From: Armatimonadota bacterium
GTDB lineage: Bacteria > Armatimonadota > Fimbriimonadia > Fimbriimonadales > Fimbriimonadaceae
Direction of reading: 5' to 3'
DNA: 64,000 nt
Assembly: GCA_031400935.1 (NCBI GenBank)
Contig: JANNQV010000028.1
Location: forward strand, 186,001-250,000
The notes beneath the pieces were generated by a model, which did no database searches, had not been told where the DNA came from, and saw only the letters and a list, made by a program, of their open reading frames with translations. This document shows, one piece after another, positions 28,293 to 37,885 of this stretch. Each line of letters begins with the position of its first letter. Position 1 is the stretch's first letter. The position numbers and the translations under genes are program-made.

Positions 28293-30221
28293 CTAGCGAA
28301 TACTAACTGCCTGTCGAAAAGCGGCCTCTCCACCAACGATCGGCAAGCTGATTTTCGTTGCATCAAGATCAACCGTCAGTTTGGTACCAGCCTTTGGCCA
28401 AACCGTGAAATCCCGATCACTAGAGAGAATCATTAGAGCGATTCGCTTGCCAGCAGGGATAATCTGGTCGTCCGGTTGCAGGTCGAATGTGAGGGTCACA
28501 AACTCGTTCGGCTTCAAGGGGTTTCCAGGATACATCGAATGGTAATTGCCTCCCGTTTTAAGCGATTTTGCATTCTGAGGATCGGCCCAACCCCGCGTGA
28601 TGAGGTTCTGCGTTCCAATAGGCCCTTCAATCCAGGGTAATTGAACCAAATAGACTGACAGGTTTGCCGCGGGTGCACTCGAGGCAAGTCGAATGGTTAC
28701 CCGAGATGTTCCTGAAAGGTGAACCGGTGCTGCCAGTTCAGGCGTCGAGTAGATGAGCCGGTTTGGTGATTTACCAGATTGAGCAAGCGCAGGAGCACTG
28801 AATTCTACATCGTCAACCAGTTCTTCAATTCCCTGCTTGGAGCCTGCATGTGGCGCTAAGCTCCCTTGACTATTGCCACCCGCAGACAAGAAGAAAGTGA
28901 CCGGTGACGCATCGGGATTCGGGTAATCAGCGTACGAGATTGGGGTCGTGGCAGTCCCCCGAGGTGCGCCGGGCGCTCTCTCCCTCACAATATACGATTT
29001 TGGACCAAGTTCGACACCGTTTTTCACTCCGTAAAGGAAGCGAGTGAACCACTTGTTCATCAGTTCGAATGGGGGATCGCCGCCGTGTCCACCTTGGTGG
29101 AAGTATTGTACGAGCGGCACCCGTCCCTTGATTGCCTCGCTTATCCGGACGCTGTGCTCCGGCACCACGTTCCAGTCGTTAAAGGCATGAGCCATAAGGA
29201 CCGCACATTTGATGTTCTTCGTAAACCGAAGAAGGTCGCGATCAGCCCAAAATGAATTGTAATCGCCCGTGCGACGGTCGCGTCCCTTTACGAATTCGCC
29301 GTCGCGGTACAACTTGTTGCTCGTCTCGCGGCCAGCCAGGTCGCCGCTGTTAATAAAGTCATAGAGAGAGTCAATATCCTCGCCAAGCCAACCTCCTGGG
29401 TGCCGGACGAGTCCGTTGGACCGGTAGTAGTGGTAGTAGGAGGTGTTGGGTGCTACTGGAATGATAGCCTCGAGGCCCTTGACTCCAGTCGTAGCCGCCG
29501 CCAGCGGGATCGTTCCGTTGTAGGACGTGCCAGTCATTCCAACTTTTCCGGTGCACCAGGTTGCGTGCATTTCAATGTGGCCATCCGAAGTCGTGTAGCC
29601 CTTCGCGCGACCGTTAAGCCAGTCAATCACGGCCTTGGGAGCTAGACGCTCAGGTGCGCCTCCCACGGTAGGGCTCCCGCCGGACAGCCCTGTACCCGGA
29701 GCTTCCGAGTGAACGACGGCGAAGCCGCGAGGAACCCATGTAGCGACGAGGGAGTTTGAGACATTCTTTCGGTTCGCATCAAAACCAATTAGCGGGTGCG
29801 ATGTTCGCGGTGGCGGTTCTTCTCCAACTTCCTGCTTGACGTCCCAAAGAATCGAGCGACCACTGGCAGTACCGGCAAAATAAGGTGACGACTCGTAAAT
29901 TACTGGCACACGCAGACCTTCTGTCCCAGTTTGCTTTTGGCGCGTGACATCAGCATGCATGCGGTCTCTCTTTCCATCTCGATCAGAGTCAAACTCAGTC
30001 TCCACCCACAACTGTTCGCGGATCCATTCGCTAGCATTGGCGAACGCGGAGACGATTTGTGCTTGACCGTCTACGAATGCTGGCCTAGCGGTCAGATTCT
30101 GGGCCGAACTCGAAACGGACAGCACCCCGAATGCGACGACCCAGCTTCGCACTAGGAGATACCGAAAGTGAAATGGCGTGATAGTGGACATTGCGATTTG
30201 ATTATGAAACAGTGCCTGCAT
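28293..30221 (-). CDS. Xaa-Pro dipeptidyl-peptidase (S15, PepX/CocE family)
   Basis: AVIDWLNGRA, GTSYNG nucleophile motif, DWNV, HQGGHGG. Confidence 0.9.
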   Translation of the reverse strand: MQALFHNQIAMSTITPFHFRYLLVRSWVVAFGVLSVSSSAQNLTARPAFVDGQAQIVSAFANASEWIREQLWVETEFDSDRDGKRDRMHADVTRQKQTGTEGLRVPVIYESSPYFAGTASGRSILWDVKQEVGEEPPPRTSHPLIGFDANRKNVSNSLVATWVPRGFAVVHSEAPGTGLSGGSPTVGGAPERLAPKAVIDWLNGRAKGYTTSDGHIEMHATWCTGKVGMTGTSYNGTIPLAAATTGVKGLEAIIPVAPNTSYYHYYRSNGLVRHPGGWLGEDIDSLYDFINSGDLAGRETSNKLYRDGEFVKGRDRRTGDYNSFWADRDLLRFTKNIKCAVLMAHAFNDWNVVPEHSVRISEAIKGRVPLVQYFHQGGHGGDPPFELMNKWFTRFLYGVKNGVELGPKSYIVRERAPGAPRGTATTPISYADYPNPDASPVTFFLSAGGNSQGSLAPHAGSKQGIEELVDDVEFSAPALAQSGKSPNRLIYSTPELAAPVHLSGTSRVTIRLASSAPAANLSVYLVQLPWIEGPIGTQNLITRGWADPQNAKSLKTGGNYHSMYPGNPLKPNEFVTLTFDLQPDDQIIPAGKRIALMILSSDRDFTVWPKAGTKLTVDLDATKISLPIVGGEAAFRQAVSIR

Positions 30222-30339
30222 ATTGGTTTCTGATTGCAGCAGGAGGACCCCTGAGGGAATTGCTGTACTCCGACAACTTTGTGAGATTCGAAACGCTTCC
30301 TGAAATCTCGACCAATTTCGTCAACCCCTGAATTCGACT

Positions 30340-31443
30340 TCAGTGCACGTCAATTACTGGATCACCGAGTACATCCCGCCGAGGCGTGATTCCTAATCCT
30401 GGAGCCAAGGAGGCATGCATGGCTCCGTTCAAGCGTTGCGGAGCGCCTTCGGCAATGCTCACCGTTACATAACTGTTGAAATCTGTTGAAGTGAACCGGC
30501 TGGACTCCGGAGTGCTATGCGCCAAATGGGCAATCGCCGCTGTCACGATGTCTCCGCCCCAACTGTCCTCGATAGTCATTGCAATCCCTCGTGATACGCA
30601 CAAGTCCCGCACTTGGCGAGCCTTGCTGATGCCACCTAACTTGCTGATCTTGATGTTAACGACGTCCATGGCGAGGTCATTTTGAGCCCTCATCAGCATT
30701 TCCAGTGAATCAATGTTCTCATCAAGGATAAAAGGGTGATTGGTGTGTCTACGAACTGACAGACACTCTTCGTAGGTCTTGCATGGCTGTTCAATGTAAA
30801 CGTCAATATCTTTGACTGCATTCACTACTCGCATAGCTTCATGCAGAGTCCACCCAGTGTTGGCGTCTGCAACCAATCGGTCACCTGGTTCCAGTTTGGC
30901 TGAAACGGCACGGATGCGCTGAATATCAACGTCTGGATCGCCTCCAACTTTAAGCTGGAATCGCCTGTAGCCCTCGGCTCTATATTTCCCAACCTTCTCT
31001 GCCATCTCGTCAGGTGATTCCTGTGAGATTGCGCGGTACAAGGTGACATCCTGCCCTGATCGTCCACCAAGCAAAGTGCAAACCGGAAGACCTGCGACCT
31101 TTCCCAAAATGTCCCAACACGCCATGTCTATGCCTGACTTGACATAAGGGTGTCCTTGAAGGGCGGAATCCATTCGGCAGTTCAGGACGCTGATTTCGCA
31201 AGGATCGAAACCAATGAGGTGAGGTCCGAGTTCTAAAATGCCTGCCCGAACTCCGGCCGCATAGGCGGGCAAATAGAAAGGGCCAAGCGGACAGACTTCT
31301 CCCCAGCCCGTTACCCCCTCGTTCGTTTCAATCTCGATGACGGTGCTGTCGAACACAGAGACAGATTTCCCGCCCGACCATTTGTAACTTCCTTCGTAAA
31401 GAGGAAGGTCAATTTGATATGCGCGTATTGCTTTGATCACCAT
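30340..31443 (-). CDS. Mandelate racemase/MLE enolase-superfamily enzyme (cis-3-hydroxy-L-proline dehydratase / Hyp-betaine epimerase group)
   Basis: [44 protein letters not shown]. Confidence 0.85.
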   Translation of the reverse strand: MVIKAIRAYQIDLPLYEGSYKWSGGKSVSVFDSTVIEIETNEGVTGWGEVCPLGPFYLPAYAAGVRAGILELGPHLIGFDPCEISVLNCRMDSALQGHPYVKSGIDMACWDILGKVAGLPVCTLLGGRSGQDVTLYRAISQESPDEMAEKVGKYRAEGYRRFQLKVGGDPDVDIQRIRAVSAKLEPGDRLVADANTGWTLHEAMRVVNAVKDIDVYIEQPCKTYEECLSVRRHTNHPFILDENIDSLEMLMRAQNDLAMDVVNIKISKLGGISKARQVRDLCVSRGIAMTIEDSWGGDIVTAAIAHLAHSTPESSRFTSTDFNSYVTVSIAEGAPQRLNGAMHASLAPGLGITPRRDVLGDPVIDVH

Positions 31444-31536
31444 TCTGAACCTATCTTAACCCAAAATAAAGCAGCTTTACCACTTGAGTGCCAAGGTGAC
31501 GAGTGGATTCCCATATTCGAGCAATGGTGCTAACCT

Positions 31537-34026
31537 ATGATTCTTATGCATCAAATGTGGTTGATATGTTTCGGGATCTTAGCATCAAGTTTGCAAGAAC
31601 TTCCCAGCACCCCAACTGCTGCACAATTGACTGTGAATAACAGGGCCATCAACCCATCAACACTTCTCTGGTTCTCTTCACCCGCGACAAAGTGGGACGA
31701 AGCCCTGCCGGTTGGAAATGGACGCCTCGGCGCGATGGTCTTCGGCACACTTGAAGAGGAGCGAATCCAACTGAATGAGAACACATACTGGTCGGGCGGA
31801 CCCTATTCGACGGTAGTTGCTGGAGGCCACAAGTCGCTTCCTGAGATTCAGCGTCTCGTTTTCGAAGGAAGAAACTTTGATGCTCACAACCTCTTCGGCC
31901 GAAAACTCATGGGCTACCCGGTTGAGCAACAGAAGTACCAAAGCCTAGCCAATCTACACTTGACGTTTTCCCACGGTGGGAAGGTAACCGACTATCAACG
32001 CGCGCTTGACTTGGAAACTGGCACTACGACAGTGACGTACATGGTCAATGGTGTCCAATATAGGCGCGAAGTTTTTTCATCAGCGCCGGACCAGGTGATT
32101 GTCGTACGACTTACTGCTAATCGCCCGGGATCTCTGAGCTTGATTGCCAATCTCCGGGGCGTTAGAAACCAGGCTCACTCAAACTACGGAACGGACTATT
32201 TTCAGATGGACGCTGTGGGCTCTGACGGACTCGCTGTTACTGGCAGGTCGGCTGACTATCTTGGCGTTGAAGGAAAGCTGAGGTACGAAGGGAGAGCAAA
32301 GGCAGTTTTAGAAGGCGGTTCAGTCACCACTCAAGGTGTTAATTTAGTGATAAAGGAAGCTAATGCGGTGACCCTAGTCTTTGTCGCCGCAACAAACTTT
32401 GTCAATTACAAAGACGTAAGCGCGGACCAACACGCCAGAGTGGAAAATTATTTGCTCAATTTGGATGGCAAATCCTACGATTCCTTGAAGCATACAGCGG
32501 TTCAAGACTATAAAAAGCTTTTTGACAGAGTATCGTTGAAACTTCCAACCACAGAAAATTCCTTCCTGACGACAACTGAGCGAAAGGCAAAGAACCAGAC
32601 CGAGCCGGACCCAAGCCTAGCTGCACTCGTGTACAACTTCGGCCGGTACGTGCTAATTTCCTCGTCTCGCCCAGGATCGCAGCCAGCGAACCTGCAAGGC
32701 ATTTGGAATGACGACATGAACCCAATGTGGGATTCGAAGTACACAACCAACATCAACACAGAGATGAACTATTGGCCAGCCGAATCAGCCAACTTGGGGG
32801 AGTTGACCGAGCCACTCTTCATGCTTATACGGGAGGTAGCAGATCAAGGTACGCGAGTCGCTAAGGAGCACTACGGCAAGCGCGGGTGGGTTTTTCACCA
32901 AAACACTGACTTGTGGCGTGTGGCGGCTCCGATGGATGGCCCGAGCTGGGGCACTTTCACAGTAGGCGGAGCATGGCTGTGCACCCACATTTGGGAGCAT
33001 TATCTATACACTCGGGACAAAGAGTTCTTAACGGCCAATTTCCCGCTGATCCAAGGCTCGATTCAGTTTTTCCTCGACTTTCTTGTCAAACACCCCAACG
33101 GCAAATGGCTCGTAACCAACCCCTCGACTTCACCCGAAAACTTCCCGGACGGCGGCGGCAATAAGCCGTTCTTCGATGAAACCACGGGGGCAGTGCTCCA
33201 GGGGACACAGATCTGCGCTGGGTCTTCCATAGATATGCAGATTCTGCATGACTTGTTCGGCTACTATTTGGAAGCTTCAAGGGAGTTAGGTGTGAATTCT
33301 CCATTGGTCAAAAAGGCCGAACTAGCGAGAGCCCAATTTGTTCCGCCTCAAATCGGAGCGAGCGGTGCGCTTCAAGAATGGTCAGACGACTGGACTTCGT
33401 TGGAGAAGAACCATCGCCATTTTTCACATCTTTACGGCCTGTATCCTGGCCGAATGCTCTGGGACAAACGAACGCCGGAACTCATCGAGTCATTCAAAAA
33501 GGTTTTAGAGGAACGTGGCGATGGCGGGACTGGCTGGTCACGTTCATGGAAAATGGCCCTCTGGGCGCGGCTAGGCGACGGCAACCGCGCCAATAAGGTT
33601 TTCAAGGGTTACCTAAAGGAACAGAGTTGCGCACAGCTGTTCGCATTGTGCGGCAAAGCTATGCAAGTTGATGGGACGCTGGGTGCAACTGCCGCGATCA
33701 CGGAGATGCTCATTCAGTCTCATGAAGGATTCATTCGCCTGCTACCCGCGTTGCCAAGTGAATGGAAGGACGGCGAGTTCAGCGGCGTCTGCGCCCGTGG
33801 CGGGTTTCAGCTAGATATACAGTGGGCAGAAGGCAAAGTCACCAAAGCAACAGTTTTCTCGAAAGCAGGAGAAATCTGCAGAATCAGAGTTGGTCAACCC
33901 GTCAAAATTTCTTGTGAAGGTCAGGCTGTCAAAACCAGACAGCTTACGGATGGAGTTGTCGAGTTCTCAACGCTTAAAGGGAAATCGTATGTGCTTCAAT
34001 CCCAACAGAATCTCGCTGGCTCTTAG
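31537..34026 (+). CDS. GH95 alpha-1,2-L-fucosidase family protein
   Basis: EALPVGNGRLGAM, PANLQGIWN, YTTNINTEMNYW, HRHFSHLYGLYPG. Confidence 0.93.
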   Translation: MILMHQMWLICFGILASSLQELPSTPTAAQLTVNNRAINPSTLLWFSSPATKWDEALPVGNGRLGAMVFGTLEEERIQLNENTYWSGGPYSTVVAGGHKSLPEIQRLVFEGRNFDAHNLFGRKLMGYPVEQQKYQSLANLHLTFSHGGKVTDYQRALDLETGTTTVTYMVNGVQYRREVFSSAPDQVIVVRLTANRPGSLSLIANLRGVRNQAHSNYGTDYFQMDAVGSDGLAVTGRSADYLGVEGKLRYEGRAKAVLEGGSVTTQGVNLVIKEANAVTLVFVAATNFVNYKDVSADQHARVENYLLNLDGKSYDSLKHTAVQDYKKLFDRVSLKLPTTENSFLTTTERKAKNQTEPDPSLAALVYNFGRYVLISSSRPGSQPANLQGIWNDDMNPMWDSKYTTNINTEMNYWPAESANLGELTEPLFMLIREVADQGTRVAKEHYGKRGWVFHQNTDLWRVAAPMDGPSWGTFTVGGAWLCTHIWEHYLYTRDKEFLTANFPLIQGSIQFFLDFLVKHPNGKWLVTNPSTSPENFPDGGGNKPFFDETTGAVLQGTQICAGSSIDMQILHDLFGYYLEASRELGVNSPLVKKAELARAQFVPPQIGASGALQEWSDDWTSLEKNHRHFSHLYGLYPGRMLWDKRTPELIESFKKVLEERGDGGTGWSRSWKMALWARLGDGNRANKVFKGYLKEQSCAQLFALCGKAMQVDGTLGATAAITEMLIQSHEGFIRLLPALPSEWKDGEFSGVCARGGFQLDIQWAEGKVTKATVFSKAGEICRIRVGQPVKISCEGQAVKTRQLTDGVVEFSTLKGKSYVLQSQQNLAGS

Positions 34027-34401
34027 ACTTCCATAATGTTCGGAAGATGAACTACAAACAAATCTCATTCATACATTGGTTGCCAAGAGAACTTCAGTAG
34101 TCTGATACCGCTTAGCAATTGTGATTGCTAAGTGCTGAATTGTCATGGAATGGAAGATCAGTCACTGTCTTGCACTTAATGTGTTCATTTGTTTCGATGC
34201 TGCAGTAAGAATCAGTAATTACTAGGAATTTCGTAAAACGCTGGTAAATTGGAAGAACTCATTTTTGATTGTGCGAATTGAGTGCCTATAGTGTGCCAAC
34301 TACGCCAAAGTGAACCTAGATCAGACAATCTCAACCAGCATCCTTTCAAACTGATTGAACCTAAAACGAACACATCCGAACAGAATCACTAGGTTCAATC
34401 T

Positions 34402-34448
34402 CGGTCTCCAAAACCGTAGGTCGCGGGTTCGATCCCTGCTGCCCCTGC
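34402..34448 (+). repeat. attR: displaced 3' fragment of tRNA-Trp
   Basis: Identical to 20892-20938; lacks the 5' half of the tRNA and the CCA end. Confidence 0.92.
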
Positions 34449-34509
34449 TGTTTTTTCGGACGACGCATTACAGCTAGAAATCAATTGCTCTGAGCTTGTG
34501 GCGAATGTA

Positions 34510-34624
34510 TTTGGGAGTGCGCCGGCCATGTCGGCGCTTTTTGAACACTTCAACATCTACTGTTGAACCTAGTTTCTTTTGGAATTCCAAGAAAAAGCGC
34601 CGACATGGCCTGCGCACTCCCAAA
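34510..34624. repeat. REPIN-like inverted repeat with 33-bp arms
   Basis: TTTGGGAGTGCGCCGGCCATGTCGGCGCTTTTT and AAAAAGCGCCGACATGGCCTGCGCACTCCCAAA, one mismatch. Confidence 0.85.
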
Positions 34625-34676
34625 CTAGGTTGAATCGAAGAGAATCGCGAAACAATTGATATAGAATGGTCTTTCC

Positions 34677-35234
34677 ATGCTGAACGTCGAATGTGTTTTA
34701 CTGACAGGCGGAAAGAGCCGTCGGATGGGTCAGAACAAAGCCGCCTTGGTGTTTGAAGGCGAGTCTATTTTGAACCGAACCAGGCGACTTCTTGAAAGCG
34801 AAAGTTTTCCAGTCACCGTTCTTGGACCGGAAGGAAAGCAAGACGCAAACCCATTTGCAGGCCCACTTGCCGCCTTGGCTGACTTTTCGCCTGAGGCAAA
34901 ATGGATATTTGTGGCTTCGTGTGATATGCCGTTATTTGATGCCCGAATTGTTCGTGTGCTCTATGAAATGGCAACTGGCTTCGATGCGGCAATCCCCTCT
35001 TTTGGTGGAACACTTCAACCCCTTTGCGGACTCTATCATAGTTCCGCACTGAAAATTGCGGGCAAACTTTCATTGGCTGGCGAATCGCGAATCATGACTT
35101 GGGTTTCCGGGCTCAACGTAATTGAAGTCAATGAGAAGAACATTTGCATTGCGAAACTCAATTCATACTGTGTTCGAAGTGCAAATACACCGGACGAATG
35201 GATGGACCTCTTGCGAATTGCGGATAAGCCGTAA
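34677..35234 (+). CDS. mobA: Molybdenum cofactor guanylyltransferase
   Basis: LTGGKSRRMGQNKA, GPLAAL, SCDMP, QPLCGLY, NTPDE. Confidence 0.9.
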   Translation: MLNVECVLLTGGKSRRMGQNKAALVFEGESILNRTRRLLESESFPVTVLGPEGKQDANPFAGPLAALADFSPEAKWIFVASCDMPLFDARIVRVLYEMATGFDAAIPSFGGTLQPLCGLYHSSALKIAGKLSLAGESRIMTWVSGLNVIEVNEKNICIAKLNSYCVRSANTPDEWMDLLRIADKP

Positions 35235-35252
35235 AATAGTCACAAGCAAACA

Positions 35253-37595
35253 ATGCACGCTCTAAAGGTCCTTGAATTCGATTCCATCTTGGCTCGACTC
35301 GCCAAACACTGCGAGACAGAGCTTGGTGCTGAACTGTCTACAAAGTTGTTGCCATTGTTCGGCGACGCCGAAGTTTGGAATTTGCAAGCCCAAACGTCAG
35401 AAGCTTACGTTCTTTTGGGTAAAGATTCTCCGCCATCTTTAGGCAGAGTCCTCGATCTTCGCCAAGCATTGATTCGAGCTGAAAAGGGCGGAGTTCTTGG
35501 CGTAGGAGAGCTATTTTGCATCGGCGAACTTCTTGCGTCCCTACGGGCAGCAAAGCTGTTTTTTCAGTCACGGCCTGAAAAATGCCCAATACTTCACGAA
35601 TTGGTTCAGTATTTTCCAGAAGAGCCCAAACTTGAGTACGATTTGCTCGATTCGCTAGAGTCAGACGGTGAAGTCAAAGATACTGCTAGCCCTGCACTCG
35701 CAACCCTTCGAAAGCGAAAGTTTCAGGCCTCCGCTCGAATTTTGGGAAAAATTCAAAGCTATGTCTCTGGCAAAGCTCGCGAATATCTGAGTGATCCCTT
35801 GTTTACGATTCGAGACGGGCGGTATGTCATTCCGGTTAAGTCGGAGCATCGTGCAAAGATCCGTGGAATTATTCATGACACATCAGGAACGGGTCAAACA
35901 GTCTATATTGAGCCCGACGATGTTTTGAAGGCAGGCAACGAACTTCGCGAAATTGAAGGTCAAGAGCGTGAAGAAATTCAGCGAATTCTCGCTGAATTTT
36001 CAGTTCGAGTCGGGCAGGTTGCATCAACAGCTTGTCCAGCGATTGTTAAGGCGGCTGATCTTGACCTCATACTAGCTAAGGCTCGTTTAGGCTTTGAAAT
36101 GGAGGCGTTGCCGCCCCGAAAGTCCAAATCTGCAAGCCTAAAATTGGACGGAGCACGACATCCTTTACTAGACAGATCCATCGTTGTTCCCGTCACGATT
36201 GAGGTAGGTCTAGACTTTGAAGGATTGCTCATAACCGGTCCAAATACAGGTGGCAAAACGGTAGCAATCAAGTGTGCAGGTCTTTGCGTTTTGATGGCGC
36301 AAAGCGGTCTTATGATCCCAGCCCGCGACTGCGAATTTGGAACATTTAGTCAGATTTGGGCGGACATTGGCGACGAACAAAGCATCGCTCAATCTCTTTC
36401 AACCTTCAGCGGGCATATCAAGAACATTGCAGAGGCACTACAGTCAGTTCGGCCAGGAGCTTTGGCGCTGTTTGACGAGCTTGGAGCCGGGACCGATCCC
36501 GCTGAAGGCGCCGCATTAGCCAAAGCTATTTTGCGAACCATGCAAGCAAAGGGTGCGCGAATCATAGCGAGTACCCACTACGGCGAACTGAAGGCTTTTG
36601 CCTATTCTGAACCAGGCTTCTTAAATGCTGCGATGGAGTTTGATGCCAGATCGCTTCGCCCTACTTATCGCTTAATGCTCGGAGCACCCGGCGCAAGTCA
36701 AGCAATGAAAATAGCAGAGCGGTATGGAATTCCAAGTGCTGTAATCGAAGATGCAAAATCGGCACTTGGCGATCAGCAGCAAGACATTGCTCAAATGATC
36801 GAGCAATTAGAACTGGCTCAAAAACTGGCTCGAAATGCTCAAAGTGAAGCTGATCGGAAGTCTGCCGAACTGCGGCAAGCCGACCAGCTCGCTGCGCAAA
36901 AACTAGCGGAAGCCAATGAAATTCGCAGAAATGTAAATCAACAGGCGAAGGACGAAATCGAAAACACGTTACGCGAATTGAGGCTTCAAGCAGCTGAAAT
37001 TTTTGATTCGTTAAAACATGGAACGGTAGATCAGAAGAAGATTGATGAGGCTCGAAAACAGCTAAAAACAGTTCAATCGTTGGGAGAAGAGGAAGCCGTT
37101 CGCTTTGAAATCCCTATCCTCAAGCCTGCGAAGTCCTTAAAGTTTTCGAAGGGCGTGACGGTACGAGTAGATGGTTACTCCCAGCATGGTGTTTTACTTG
37201 AAGAGCCGAAAAACCACAAAGCTTTGGTGCAAATTGGCGCGTTGAAATTGACAGTCGCAACTAGCAAATTAACAGCGTACGAAACGCCTACAGCTCCAAA
37301 TTATTCGCCGAAAAAGTCCAAAGCGAATATCCTACTTCAAAGGGCTGCTTCTGCCTCAACAGAAATCTCTCTGCGAGCGATGAGAGCCGAGGACGCATTC
37401 ACTGATTTGGAAAAATTTGTTGACGATGCCGTACTTGGAAGCCTTCACCGAATACGAATTGTTCATGGCAAAGGCGAGGGAATATTACGGCGAATGGTAC
37501 ATGACTATCTGAAGCGCCGAAAGGAAATCGAGTCGTTCCAAATGGCGGAGTCTGGTGAAGGTGGCGACGGAGTAACTGTTGCGTTTTTGAAATAG
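35253..37595 (+). CDS. mutS2: Endonuclease MutS2
   Basis: ITGPNTGGKT, DIGDEQSIAQSLSTFSGH, DELGAGTDP, Smr domain IVHGKGEG. Confidence 0.96.
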   Translation: MHALKVLEFDSILARLAKHCETELGAELSTKLLPLFGDAEVWNLQAQTSEAYVLLGKDSPPSLGRVLDLRQALIRAEKGGVLGVGELFCIGELLASLRAAKLFFQSRPEKCPILHELVQYFPEEPKLEYDLLDSLESDGEVKDTASPALATLRKRKFQASARILGKIQSYVSGKAREYLSDPLFTIRDGRYVIPVKSEHRAKIRGIIHDTSGTGQTVYIEPDDVLKAGNELREIEGQEREEIQRILAEFSVRVGQVASTACPAIVKAADLDLILAKARLGFEMEALPPRKSKSASLKLDGARHPLLDRSIVVPVTIEVGLDFEGLLITGPNTGGKTVAIKCAGLCVLMAQSGLMIPARDCEFGTFSQIWADIGDEQSIAQSLSTFSGHIKNIAEALQSVRPGALALFDELGAGTDPAEGAALAKAILRTMQAKGARIIASTHYGELKAFAYSEPGFLNAAMEFDARSLRPTYRLMLGAPGASQAMKIAERYGIPSAVIEDAKSALGDQQQDIAQMIEQLELAQKLARNAQSEADRKSAELRQADQLAAQKLAEANEIRRNVNQQAKDEIENTLRELRLQAAEIFDSLKHGTVDQKKIDEARKQLKTVQSLGEEEAVRFEIPILKPAKSLKFSKGVTVRVDGYSQHGVLLEEPKNHKALVQIGALKLTVATSKLTAYETPTAPNYSPKKSKANILLQRAASASTEISLRAMRAEDAFTDLEKFVDDAVLGSLHRIRIVHGKGEGILRRMVHDYLKRRKEIESFQMAESGEGGDGVTVAFLK

Positions 37596-37682
37596 GAGTT
37601 TGCACTTCATTATTTCACTTAGTATTGAATCCAAAACGGAAAGCATTAAATTTTTATATCAGTCAGAAATGCGGCGAAAAGT

Positions 37683-37865
37683 TCAGCTGCTTTTCTTCGA
37701 AATTCCAACGACAAACAATGCCAGAGCCGCTCCGGCTAAAACCGGCACCGCCGGTTGTTTCTGATTGATTCAGCCAGTTTTGCAAGCGATCATTAGCAGG
37801 TGATAACCAAATCCGACTATTGCGCCTATTATTGCTGTGAATATGTATTTAGATATTGGAGTCAT
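37683..37865 (-). CDS. Small two-TM membrane protein with in-frame UGA (candidate selenoprotein, DUF6132-like)
   Basis: MTPISKYIFTAIIGAIVGFGYHLLMIACKTG-UGA-INQKQPAVPVLAGAALALFVVGISKKSS; SECIS-like hairpin at 37740-37756. Confidence 0.65.
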
Positions 37866-37885
37866 TGGCTTGGTGATTGGCTTCC

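Larger units (their letters stand above)
20892..34448. mobile_element. Genomic island integrated in tRNA-Trp; no integrase found
   Basis: A 47-bp identical direct repeat of the tRNA 3' part at 20892-20938 and 34402-34448, and a shared GTGCCTATAGTGTGCC inside both ends. Confidence 0.85.

Noticed and set aside
27258..28436. 392-aa plus-strand ORF and similar long ORFs within the island
   Set aside because: Antisense to the GH29 gene; long shadow frames are expected in GC-rich coding sequence.
34027..34260. Integrase remnant near attR
   Set aside because: The frames I translated by hand gave only short peptides with no tyrosine-recombinase motif; a translated search could still find a decayed fragment.
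34402..34448. Second tRNA-Trp gene
   Set aside because: Only the 3' 47 bp are present, with no D-arm, 5' acceptor strand or CCA; it is attR.
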